From the IMG/VR virus record IMGVR_UViG_3300037247_001086, positions 1 to 63,894 of that record: a stretch of DNA of 63,894 nucleotides; one strand, 5' to 3'. Position 1 is the stretch's first letter, and the number at the start of each line of letters is the position of its first letter. The DNA comes from a virus. Taxonomy: Duplodnaviria; Caudoviricetes. The position numbers and the translations under genes were made by a program. Below the pieces are notes generated by a model. The model was not told the DNA's origin and did no database searches. It worked only from the letters and a program-made list of their open reading frames with translations. Positions 8,649 through 16,927 of this stretch are shown here, piece after piece.

Positions 8649-8707
8649 TGACCTGCCTCATCAGGCTACCGGCGGTCAGTCCGGCAACTACGCAAAAGCG
8701 TTTCGGC
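8649..8707 (-). ncRNA. Type II hammerhead ribozyme HH3
   Basis: Minus strand: gcc-GAAA-cgc tttt gcg-TA^-gttgccgg actgaccg ccggtagc-CTGATGA-ggc-a-ggtca. Confidence 0.88.
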
Positions 8708-8872
8708 TAGTTGAACCGAGGCGAGGGGTTATCGGGCTGGCGATCTTCGCCAGGTTTCGTTCCTCGTTCCGGTGGAGTGCCTTGCAGCGGGGGCTCCCAT
8801 TTGTTGTGGCTTCCGGCTGGTCTACCGCTTGGCTTGCTTGATTGGCTTTGGCCCTTTCCCTTCCCTGTTCCC

Positions 8873-8913
8873 ACTTACAATGTAAGTATACAGCGTCCCA
8901 ACAAGGAAAACAA
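8873..8913 (-). promoter_or_regulatory. Sigma70-type promoter with palindromic operator over the start site (copy 1)
   Basis: TTGTTT (8908-8913)-17 nt-TATACT (8885-8890); ACTTACA-A-TGTAAGT palindrome; duplicated near 43187-43226. Confidence 0.75.
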
Positions 8914-8965
8914 GGGTTTTTAGGGTACTCCGAAAAGTATTTTCTATTTACAAGTAGATTGTTTG

Positions 8966-9745
8966 TTAATCTAAAGGGGAGAGAAGTTCCCAGAATACGT
9001 TTTCTGAGGCTTCAGGATATGGCCCAGCTAAAATTAGACGTAACCATTCAGAACTAAAAATGTTCTCGAAAGTCTCTACAAGTTTGTCGGGGATACGCTG
9101 TTCCTTTTTATTAACGCGATTGAACATGGCTCTTTTCATATGTTGGCCGTATGCTCGAACTGTTTTCCATCGCTTATGCAATTCTCTATTGAGCTCATCA
9201 TATTTCCATTCGTTCTCTCCGTGATATATTTTGCGTCTAAGAGCCCCATGTGATTGATTAGGTGTGCTGAGAAGTACAACACCTTTTGGATGCATACGAT
9301 TTACGAGATTATCCAAAAGAATTAAGCCTGCCTGATGAGAAATGTGTTCTAGAGATTCGAAGAATAGCACCAGGTCCAACAGTTTAGACGTTGGAAGCTG
9401 AGGATTGTCGGCGAGATTTTGTTGGATAAATTGGAATCCTATTCGTTCAGCCATCATCGAACTAATAGGTATTTCTTTAGAAAGGTCGTCAACATCTACA
9501 GCAATATAGCTGGCAAGTATGTCATCTTTTTTGGCGTAATATCCCTTTATCAAAACTTGAAGAGAGGTAGCGAATCCACAACCAATATCCATTACATGGA
9601 TAGGTCTCGAACGTTCTCGCGCCATATTCATCATTTTATGAGCGGCTACTTGAAAACGTAACATATGAACCAGATCTTCCGGCCACCATTTGTATTGACT
9701 GAGATGATCCAATAATGGTCTGCGATCATTAAAGATTGTTCTCAT
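8966..9745 (-). CDS. Class I SAM-dependent methyltransferase
   Basis: VMDIGCG, IAVDVD, FESLEH, LLSTPN motifs; last gene of the modification operon. Confidence 0.8.
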   Translation of the reverse strand: MRTIFNDRRPLLDHLSQYKWWPEDLVHMLRFQVAAHKMMNMARERSRPIHVMDIGCGFATSLQVLIKGYYAKKDDILASYIAVDVDDLSKEIPISSMMAERIGFQFIQQNLADNPQLPTSKLLDLVLFFESLEHISHQAGLILLDNLVNRMHPKGVVLLSTPNQSHGALRRKIYHGENEWKYDELNRELHKRWKTVRAYGQHMKRAMFNRVNKKEQRIPDKLVETFENIFSSEWLRLILAGPYPEASENVFWELLSPLD

Positions 9746-10878
9746 AGGAGGTCTCCTAGCAGTTTGACAAACTGTTCAACGTAGATGTCTATCTCATCTT
9801 CCTCTTCAAAGGTGAAGGTCGGAAGAAAGATGATTTCCCGCTCCAGTTGGTCGGCGTTGAGTAAGCTGGTGGCGTTGGCTCCTCCCAAGAACAGCATCCG
9901 GTAGAAAGCGCGGGTGTTGCTGGCTGGCATCTCCAGTCCTCGCTTCTCGAGCTTTTGTTTCATGTCCGTGGATCCCGGGATGCGAACGGCGTATTCATAC
10001 CATGCGCCTCTGTCGATTTTTGGATGAGGAAGCGCCAGCGGTTGGACATCTTCCAATTTGGTGGTGAGATATCGAAGCTTACGCTGGCGCAGTCGGATGA
10101 ATTCTGGCAGCCGTTGTAGATGATATGAAGCCAACGCGGAACTCAACGGACTGATCCGCAACTTGAGGCCCAGTCCAGTCAACGATAGTTCCGGTTCTGG
10201 CTTTACATCCTCACCGGCCAGCCGTCGGACGTTGACCAGCTCTGCGGCCCGTCTGAAAATTTCAGGGTCGTCGGTGGAAAGCAAGCCGCCTTCTCCACCT
10301 GACATCATCTTGAGAGTCTGGAGGCTGAAGGCCGCGACATCCCCAAACGTCCCGACATGTCTACCATCGATAGTGGCACCATGAGCGTGAGCACAATCCT
10401 CTATCACCTTGAGGCTGTGACGCTGGGCGATATCCATGATGGCGTCCATGTCGGCGGGATGTCCACCGACATGTGTCACCGTGATGGCGATGGTGCGGGG
10501 TGTAATCTGTTCCTCTATTTTGTCCGGATCGATGTTCCCGGACTTCAGCTGGACATCACAGAATTTGGGCCGGAGACCTGCGTACCATGCAGCCGTAGCG
10601 GTCGCCCAGAAACCGTATCCACCCATGATTACTTCTGATCCCTCTGCGCCCGCACGTGGGGGAAGCGCCGGATAGTTCTGAATACCGTGATATGCAGCCC
10701 AAAGAGCAACTGAACCGGAGCAAACTCCTATGACATATTTGGCTGGTTGGAAGAAGGCAAAGTCCTCCTCTAGATCCCGTGTTATGGAATCCTCCCCGTA
10801 ATTCAGTGAGGATTCTTCTAGGGCGTCGAGGATAAACTCCCCGAGCTCATCTGTGATACGTGGCCATTTGTTCAACAT
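9742..10878 (-). CDS. DegT/DnrJ/EryC1/StrS PLP-dependent aminotransferase
   Basis: IEDCAHAHG and FSLQTLKMMSGGEGG (PLP lysine). Confidence 0.92.
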   Translation of the reverse strand: MLNKWPRITDELGEFILDALEESSLNYGEDSITRDLEEDFAFFQPAKYVIGVCSGSVALWAAYHGIQNYPALPPRAGAEGSEVIMGGYGFWATATAAWYAGLRPKFCDVQLKSGNIDPDKIEEQITPRTIAITVTHVGGHPADMDAIMDIAQRHSLKVIEDCAHAHGATIDGRHVGTFGDVAAFSLQTLKMMSGGEGGLLSTDDPEIFRRAAELVNVRRLAGEDVKPEPELSLTGLGLKLRISPLSSALASYHLQRLPEFIRLRQRKLRYLTTKLEDVQPLALPHPKIDRGAWYEYAVRIPGSTDMKQKLEKRGLEMPASNTRAFYRMLFLGGANATSLLNADQLEREIIFLPTFTFEEEDEIDIYVEQFVKLLGDLL

Positions 10879-11834
10879 AAGCCAACCGGCCCTCCCACTT
10901 CCATAGATTTGTAGATGCCCTGAATGACAGCCACCACCTGACGCCCTTCCTCAGCGGTGACCGCCGGAGGCCTTCCTTCCTTGATAGCCTCTAAGAAGTC
11001 AGCGATCTGACAGGTGTGTGGGCGTCGGTATTTCAGCTGATGATATGTCGATCGCGGCAAAGTCCAGACATGATTGTATCCTGTTAAGTGATCCATGGTG
11101 TCGATACTGACAGTATGTCCGTTCTCTCCGGTGACAGAGACGCTATTCAAACGCAGCGGCGGGTCGTGACTGATGGACGTTCGGAGCGTGGCCAAGGGTC
11201 CGTTCTCAAATCGTATTACAGCGACCACGTTGTCTTCCATCTCAGCGATCCTCTGATGAGTGAGGTTGTGCGTATATCCGAAGACTTCCACTGGCTTGCC
11301 CATGAACCAGAGGAGAAGATCGATGACATGAGGAGCCTGCTGCATCAATACGCCTCCGCCGGATCCTTCCCAGGTTTGTCTCCACTCAGCTCTGTCGAAA
11401 TCCTCCTCTGTCCTACGGTCTTCAACAACGGCGCTTCCCAGGATGATTCTGTTTCCCAATGCCCCGCCATCGATGGCTTCTTTAATGGCGAGTGTGGCGG
11501 GCAACCAGCGTCGCTGAGACACAACGGACAGAACCGTATCGGCTGCTTTAGCCATTGCTATCATCTTATCAGCGTCTTCTGTGGTGGTGGCCAGCGGCTT
11601 TTCGACAAGTACATGAAGACCACAACTGGCGGCAGCAATGGCAAATCGAGCGTGAGTGGGCGGCGGCGTACAGATAAAAATGGTGTTGATGTGTTGATGA
11701 GCTGCTTCCAGCAATAACGATTCGGCCGATCCATCCAAACCTGAAGTATTTAGAGCAACAGGGAGGCCCAGCTCCTTCAAAGCTTCCGCGTGTTGTCGGG
11801 CGGCTGCCCCTGTTCCGATAATCCCAATCCTCAT
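10872..11834 (-). CDS. Gfo/Idh/MocA NAD(P)-dependent sugar/inositol oxidoreductase
   Basis: IGIIGTG, ICTPPPTH, HVLVEKP, GGGVLM..PH.ID motifs. Confidence 0.92.
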   Translation of the reverse strand: MRIGIIGTGAAARQHAEALKELGLPVALNTSGLDGSAESLLLEAAHQHINTIFICTPPPTHARFAIAAASCGLHVLVEKPLATTTEDADKMIAMAKAADTVLSVVSQRRWLPATLAIKEAIDGGALGNRIILGSAVVEDRRTEEDFDRAEWRQTWEGSGGGVLMQQAPHVIDLLLWFMGKPVEVFGYTHNLTHQRIAEMEDNVVAVIRFENGPLATLRTSISHDPPLRLNSVSVTGENGHTVSIDTMDHLTGYNHVWTLPRSTYHQLKYRRPHTCQIADFLEAIKEGRPPAVTAEEGRQVVAVIQGIYKSMEVGGPVGLC

Positions 11835-12367
11835 GGTTGTCTCTCTAACCATTCCCGCCACCAGATATTGCTGAAGGCGTTGGGCCGGATGCCTAGGACA
11901 TGAGCTAGGGCGGCTGTGCCGCTGATATGTCGGAGCCGTCGGACGATCAGAGCGCTGAGCAAACTGGAACGGTTGCGGCCTGCCTCACAGTAGATCAGGA
12001 CGCTGCCTCCGTTGTAGACGAGTCTGTTGGTGACGCGGGTGGCTATCTCCTCCAATTGATTTGCGATGTAGCTTCGGAATATTCCGTCGGGCATCGGAGC
12101 ATAGATATAGGTCAACAGAGGAAGAGTAGCTTCTCCCCATCCTTCGAAGAATGGATCCGATGGGGATACCAATCCGACCACGGTATGGATTTTCAGCTCC
12201 TCGCAAAGTAATGTCTTCGCCTCATCGGAATGGTGATGAAGCTTACCACGCTGATATAGTACGTTGGGCAAGATCTCGTACAGTTTGATCCGTATCGCCT
12301 TCCCGTCGGACGGGCTGTGAGAGGTCTTCGGTCGCCAGATAGTCATAACGGATATCGCTCCAGACAT
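11831..12367 (-). CDS. Cys-based (PTP/DSP, CX5R) phosphatase
   Basis: PMPDG acid loop and VLIYCEAGRNRS; start uncertain (12367 or 12346). Confidence 0.8.
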   Translation of the reverse strand: MSGAISVMTIWRPKTSHSPSDGKAIRIKLYEILPNVLYQRGKLHHHSDEAKTLLCEELKIHTVVGLVSPSDPFFEGWGEATLPLLTYIYAPMPDGIFRSYIANQLEEIATRVTNRLVYNGGSVLIYCEAGRNRSSLLSALIVRRLRHISGTAALAHVLGIRPNAFSNIWWREWLERQP

Positions 12368-13283
12368 ATCCGTGCGATGTCAGCACGGTTCCTAATTCAT
12401 CCCGCGTGGTGCGCCAGCCTGACACTTCTCCTCTACATACAGCGGGCATCAATTTCTGTCGAGCCGCCCACATAGCCTCGCCGAGATCGACGTGTTTCCT
12501 GATCTTGTCATGATACATCAGCTCTGAATCGTTGGAGCGGCCAGGGTATTGTTTGCCTCCTTTGTACGACTGTTTGAAGTCACAGCAGAATACTTCGAAC
12601 CGGAACAGGTCTAAGTCCAAATCGTAATTTTCGGCTAGCCGCGCCAACGATTTCTGTACAACGAGATTGGTGAATTCTATCATATGCGGTGAATTGTCAT
12701 AGGCATCCAGATTGAGATTGGGCCATAAGTCCGTCAGTGTGACTCGTGGGCTCCAGCCTCCTTTGGGAAGGATGTCAGGCAGCGTGATAGGCGCGTCACA
12801 GTAACGTTCATAACACTGGAGGAGTTTCCGGATAGCGTACCGGCCAGCGCCATAGACGACGCTGTCTACGGTTGCCCAGACGGGCAAGAACGCCCGTTTG
12901 GGATCGGGAGGAAGTACGTCCATGACCCGTCCATAGCTGTATACCCATTCACGATACGACATGAAATACTTGGCTAATTTTACGGGTGTCCTCACGGCCC
13001 GACGCTCCCGACGAAACTGAAGCTTCGACCAGTTCTCCTTAATCCATCCTGGGAATTCCTCACTATGCTCGTGGAATCGTTTCCAAGGCCATTCCCGCCA
13101 GATGAACTCAGCGGTCGGGACATTGTAGACAGCGACATAGCAGCCGATCCGCCAGATTTTCTCGTCCAGCGGAACGTCCTTGATCATTTCCCCGACACAA
13201 CGCATATGAGGATCCGGCCCGCCAGCAGCTAAATCGGAACGGATGTGCTCGGCAAAGGCGTCCCAGAGTTGATTGTTATCCAT
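12243..13283 (-). CDS. Amino acid:DNA transferase (aGPT-Pplase2/ADDT-like)
   Basis: FRRERR, GAGRYA and E..CCDFKQ..GKQYPG pattern of HhH-glycosylase-fold transferases; next to kinase and TS homologue. Confidence 0.7.
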   Translation of the reverse strand: MDNNQLWDAFAEHIRSDLAAGGPDPHMRCVGEMIKDVPLDEKIWRIGCYVAVYNVPTAEFIWREWPWKRFHEHSEEFPGWIKENWSKLQFRRERRAVRTPVKLAKYFMSYREWVYSYGRVMDVLPPDPKRAFLPVWATVDSVVYGAGRYAIRKLLQCYERYCDAPITLPDILPKGGWSPRVTLTDLWPNLNLDAYDNSPHMIEFTNLVVQKSLARLAENYDLDLDLFRFEVFCCDFKQSYKGGKQYPGRSNDSELMYHDKIRKHVDLGEAMWAARQKLMPAVCRGEVSGWRTTRDELGTVLTSHGYVWSDIRYDYLATEDLSQPVRREGDTDQTVRDLAQRTISAW

Positions 13284-13878
13284 CTAGCCCCTCCACAACC
13301 TCAATGAGCTGATCAAACGCCTGTTCATAGTTTAGAATCTGGAAGCGCAGGTCTCCGGCCTCGGCTTTGCGAAGTTCTCCGATACGTTTGATTTCTTGAG
13401 CATGTTTCCCTTCCATATCACTGCTGCCAGGGTATCCCTTGGGCGTGCGCCCGCCGCTGCGTTTGAGGACGCGCTGATAACAGACTTCCAGCGGCGTGTC
13501 TAGGAACAGGAAGGTCATTGGGAAATCCGTGGCCAGCCGAACCCAACGGCTCCAGATGCTGGTGACAATGAGACCTTCGAACATGACGTGATGGCCAGCC
13601 ACAGCCCACTTGCGTACTTGAGCATCGACAGCGTCCATGGTATTGCCCTTGCCACCATGCTCTAAAAATCGTTTGTGTAACCGGCCCGTAATGTTGTCTA
13701 CGCCTCCCCCTTTAATAGCGTCGTCGTACCGGCCCAGCACCCAGAGATTGTTCGGTAGCCTGTAACCCATAATATGACCACCTTCATCAGTGATCTCCAC
13801 CCCCTTATAGTGGTTGACCAATTGACGGCCTAGATGGGTCTTGCCGGAACCTGATGTTCCTCTGATGTTGAGAATCAT
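13276..13878 (-). CDS. P-loop kinase, 5-hmdU DNA kinase-like
   Basis: ILNIRGTSGSGKT, VLGRY, GGVD, VMFEG, FLDTPLEVC..R..R. Confidence 0.75.
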   Translation of the reverse strand: MILNIRGTSGSGKTHLGRQLVNHYKGVEITDEGGHIMGYRLPNNLWVLGRYDDAIKGGGVDNITGRLHKRFLEHGGKGNTMDAVDAQVRKWAVAGHHVMFEGLIVTSIWSRWVRLATDFPMTFLFLDTPLEVCYQRVLKRSGGRTPKGYPGSSDMEGKHAQEIKRIGELRKAEAGDLRFQILNYEQAFDQLIEVVEGLDG

Positions 13879-14777
13879 CCGAGAAATTCCATACCGGCTT
13901 GGCTCCAAGCATTAAATCTGAGATTCCGATAAGGATGTGTTCTGTCCCGGTAGAACTGAAGGAAATCGCTAGCGAATTTCAAAAATGGAGGAGCTTCCAT
14001 CATCGTACCGTCCAGGATGTGATAGATGATTTTTGCATAGGTGACATGGTCTGTTTTCAATTCGTTGTCGGGGAATAGGAACGGCGCGGGCAAATGAACA
14101 ATGGGTTCGTCCATGGCAGCCAGCATATTCTCAGTGAGCGTGGCCGCTGGCCCGTCAAGATAGAGATGGAGGCTGTCGCTCCAATGGATCTGTGTTCCTA
14201 GACCGACGCCTAAGAGCATTGCAAGATACTGTTGGAAGACGGAAAATTCGGGGAGATTGACAGCGTGTAAGCCCCAATGAAGATCATTGCTGCGGTTGTG
14301 GACGGTCATGTGAAGTTTTTCGTCTCGGAGTTTGAACATGATCAAATCATTGCAGGGCGGGTCTTTCGTATCAGCTTCCAAATCTTCATCACGCCAGATG
14401 GATAAAACGGCTCGACGGTCAGTTGATTCATTTCTGAGTCGCGCTATTAGAGCCGGGACTTGCTGGACAATCCGAGCACCATAGCTGCCATAGAATGTGA
14501 TTCCGTCATCGCTGAAGTCTTTGATCCGTTTGTTGTATGGTTCCAAGTGACGGACAAGATCTGAACCGGCTATTAGCGCCAACGCCTCACTGAGGGCCAG
14601 CCAAGGGTTGAGCTTCCGGCCAGGGATAATTTGGACGACGTTCAGCGGACAGATTTCGGTGACGACATGGAGCAGTTCGCGGGTAGGCCGTCCACGTACC
14701 TCCACCTCAGGCGCTTTCAGGAGGGCTTTGAGCTGTTGACGGTAGATGTCACTAGGGTGGCCGGTGAAGTGGATCAT
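13875..14777 (-). CDS. Thymidylate synthase homologue (likely dUMP hydroxymethylase)
   Basis: YGARI, DRRAV, DPPCN, RSNDLHWG..N, SLHLY; Asn at the dUMP/dCMP specificity position. Confidence 0.85.
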   Translation of the reverse strand: MIHFTGHPSDIYRQQLKALLKAPEVEVRGRPTRELLHVVTEICPLNVVQIIPGRKLNPWLALSEALALIAGSDLVRHLEPYNKRIKDFSDDGITFYGSYGARIVQQVPALIARLRNESTDRRAVLSIWRDEDLEADTKDPPCNDLIMFKLRDEKLHMTVHNRSNDLHWGLHAVNLPEFSVFQQYLAMLLGVGLGTQIHWSDSLHLYLDGPAATLTENMLAAMDEPIVHLPAPFLFPDNELKTDHVTYAKIIYHILDGTMMEAPPFLKFASDFLQFYRDRTHPYRNLRFNAWSQAGMEFLG

Positions 14778-15133
14778 CGTACCGGCTCTAGGCGCTCCCA
14801 GGCCAACAGTATAAAATCTAGGAGATGTTCAGCGTGTCTCTTTTGCATCTTGGTTTCGTCCGGTTGTTCAAATTCTTGGCCTACAGTCTTGACAACAATA
14901 TCATGAGTATTCTGGATTTTGAACAGGAGGACTAAACAGTTGAAAACGGCGTCAACGATCTCTTCCTCAATATTGTTCACGGTGTTAGCGATCATACAGG
15001 CGTTAGTCGGTAGGCCGTCTACGAATTGATCTGGCAGAGTATATTCTACAGCGTGTTCGTCATACCGTTGACGAAGCAACGCTTCCTGTGCGGGAGTAAT
15101 TAAATTTCCTCCCAATGGTATCAGCGTGTCCAT
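14774..15133 (-). CDS. MazG-like all-alpha dNTP pyrophosphohydrolase
   Basis: EEEIVDAVFN acidic motif; context (nucleotide pool adjustment). Confidence 0.5.
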   Translation of the reverse strand: MDTLIPLGGNLITPAQEALLRQRYDEHAVEYTLPDQFVDGLPTNACMIANTVNNIEEEIVDAVFNCLVLLFKIQNTHDIVVKTVGQEFEQPDETKMQKRHAEHLLDFILLAWERLEPVR

Positions 15134-15134
15134 T

Positions 15135-15986
15135 TCAGGCCAAGTTTTGCACATGCGGCTTGTACCTCCTTCTGCGTCCTTCTCCCCGACTGAACTTGAT
15201 GTACTTGGCATATTCACAGCAACAATGCTCTATGTCACCAAGCACTAGCGGTTGGATCCGTTCCGGTTGATTAGCATGTAACGCTTCACAGAATCTGTAC
15301 ATTGAAGCATAGCTTGAAGGCGCTGTTTTGCCCCAATCATCAAGTGAATTGAGCATGTGTATTCCCAGTTGTGCTCCGGGGCCGAGATAGGTGAAGTCAT
15401 TCTCCTTAAAAGGCAGGGCTCCGATAAGCAGCAAATCTCGGAAGACTTGAAGGGCAATGAATGGCCCTATACCATGTGGCTGTTGTAACGTTTTCCAAAC
15501 CTCCTCAAGAGCCGAACAATTTTGGATTTGTTTGTCGCCGTTACCATACCGAAACCAATCATAGAGTTCGTCAAGAACTTTGATCAATTGAGTTTTACGA
15601 TCAGTCACATGTAGAGTTTGAAGAACGATGTAGGCTGGGCTGTGTGGCTTGGGTGCGTCCATGATTCTCTGAACCCATTTGTCACGGTTGCGGCCCCAGC
15701 CACCATAGCCAAACAAGCTCACTTCGTTGAACCATTTGATATTGTTCACCAACCGGTAGAGCATCGTTCGCCAGAGAACTTCTCGGAATCCCCAGCGTGG
15801 CTTCGGGCTCATTAAATTGACATACCAGCGTGTTCCAAAATCATCAGCCCGTCGGATATTGCAGAAGTGATAGTCTTGGAGGATAAGATCATTTGTCCAA
15901 GGCGGCGGGTTGCCCGATTCCTTTCGGATACGGATCAACTCACGTTCTTGAACAAATGACCAGAAGCCTTCAATAGAAGGTAGCAT
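15135..15986 (-). CDS. 5-hmdU DNA kinase helical domain / aGPT-Pplase1 protein
   Basis: FVQERE.I..R.E.G.PPPWTND.IL..Y.FCN..R.DD, GIGPFIA.Q, GPGA, DIEH..CEY.KY signature. Confidence 0.85.
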   Translation of the reverse strand: MLPSIEGFWSFVQERELIRIRKESGNPPPWTNDLILQDYHFCNIRRADDFGTRWYVNLMSPKPRWGFREVLWRTMLYRLVNNIKWFNEVSLFGYGGWGRNRDKWVQRIMDAPKPHSPAYIVLQTLHVTDRKTQLIKVLDELYDWFRYGNGDKQIQNCSALEEVWKTLQQPHGIGPFIALQVFRDLLLIGALPFKENDFTYLGPGAQLGIHMLNSLDDWGKTAPSSYASMYRFCEALHANQPERIQPLVLGDIEHCCCEYAKYIKFSRGEGRRRRYKPHVQNLA

Positions 15987-16019
15987 CCCTGTCCCCTTTC
16001 CTTTTGCCGGACTCTACTG

Positions 16020-16277
16020 CTATGTGTATCGGAGCAGGTAGAAGTCGAAGTATCCCTGATACAGCTTAGGAGCCTCCTTCTTCGTGAGTCCGAGTTTTCG
16101 TAATGCGCGATTGGCTAACGATGAAGCGGTCGCTTGTTTTGGATGCCGACCCTTCATTACTTCGCGCATCCGAATGTGGTGCGCTTTCACTTTGGACGAA
16201 GCACGGCGGGCTTCGCTCATGTGGCGACGCTGTTCCTCACTGAACGGTTTGAGCTTAGTTCCTTTTGGCATTCCCAT
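16020..16277 (-). CDS. Small basic protein with NUMOD3-like DNA-binding motif
   Basis: PFSEEQRRHMSEARR. Confidence 0.55.
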   Translation of the reverse strand: MGMPKGTKLKPFSEEQRRHMSEARRASSKVKAHHIRMREVMKGRHPKQATASSLANRALRKLGLTKKEAPKLYQGYFDFYLLRYT

Positions 16278-16284
16278 ATTGATT

Positions 16285-16321
16285 AGTATAACTTGTTTTT
16301 TAGTGTAAAGTAAAGTATAGT
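16285..16321. promoter_or_regulatory. Overlapping divergent sigma70-type promoters
   Basis: Plus: TTGTTT (16293)-17-TATAGT (16316); minus: TATACT at 16285-16290 with TTTACT upstream; at the strand switch. Confidence 0.65.
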
Positions 16322-16486
16322 AAGGTTCCTAAAGCGAGGAGCCGCCCGCAGGGAAACGAGCGGCTCCGACAGGAAAGGGGAAACCGTCAATGACTTATCA
16401 CTTTTGGAGAACCCGCCGGAATCCCAAGAGTGTCATCGAGGGCTGCTCCCTATTGACAGCTTAGCGTAGTAGGAGGGTATTTACAA

Positions 16487-16927
16487 ATGGGTGATCCGCA
16501 AATGGTACGAGGAATTGTAGAACGGTTGAAGACTATCAGCGAGGAAGTGATCACGCTGGGAGCCGAGGAGGAAATGCTGTGGAAACAATTCTACGGTTTC
16601 ATCGATGATGCTGTGGGTGCAGATCAACCCTATCGCTGGACACATCCAGATCTCAAAATGACTATTGGAAGGGTCATGGCTGAAAATAGTCCGCGCTTGG
16701 ATGTGGGGCGATTGGAAGAGATTCTGACCGATGATGAGTGGCGGCTCTGTACGAAGCAAGTTCGGATTTTTGATGCCGACCGGCTGACCGCTGAAGTGGC
16801 CGCTGGCGGTATCAAGAAAGATGATGTTCAAGCGGCTACCTCGCAGAAGCCCCCAACATCACGAAAGCACTTTCGATCGGCCAGCAAGGATGAGCTGAAG
16901 AAGCTAGAACAAGACAAGTTATCGTGA
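16487..16927 (+). CDS. Hypothetical protein
   Basis: AGGAGG RBS; first gene of the replication arm. Confidence 0.65.
   Translation: MGDPQMVRGIVERLKTISEEVITLGAEEEMLWKQFYGFIDDAVGADQPYRWTHPDLKMTIGRVMAENSPRLDVGRLEEILTDDEWRLCTKQVRIFDADRLTAEVAAGGIKKDDVQAATSQKPPTSRKHFRSASKDELKKLEQDKLS

Noticed and set aside
8173-8707. CRISPR-like repeat-spacer array
   Set aside because: Repeats are divergent ribozymes, spacers are 130-200 nt ORFs, and there is no cas operon
13875-14777. Ordinary thymidylate synthase or dCMP hydroxymethylase
   Set aside because: The kinase/transferase neighbours and the Asn specificity residue favour dUMP hydroxymethylase; not proven
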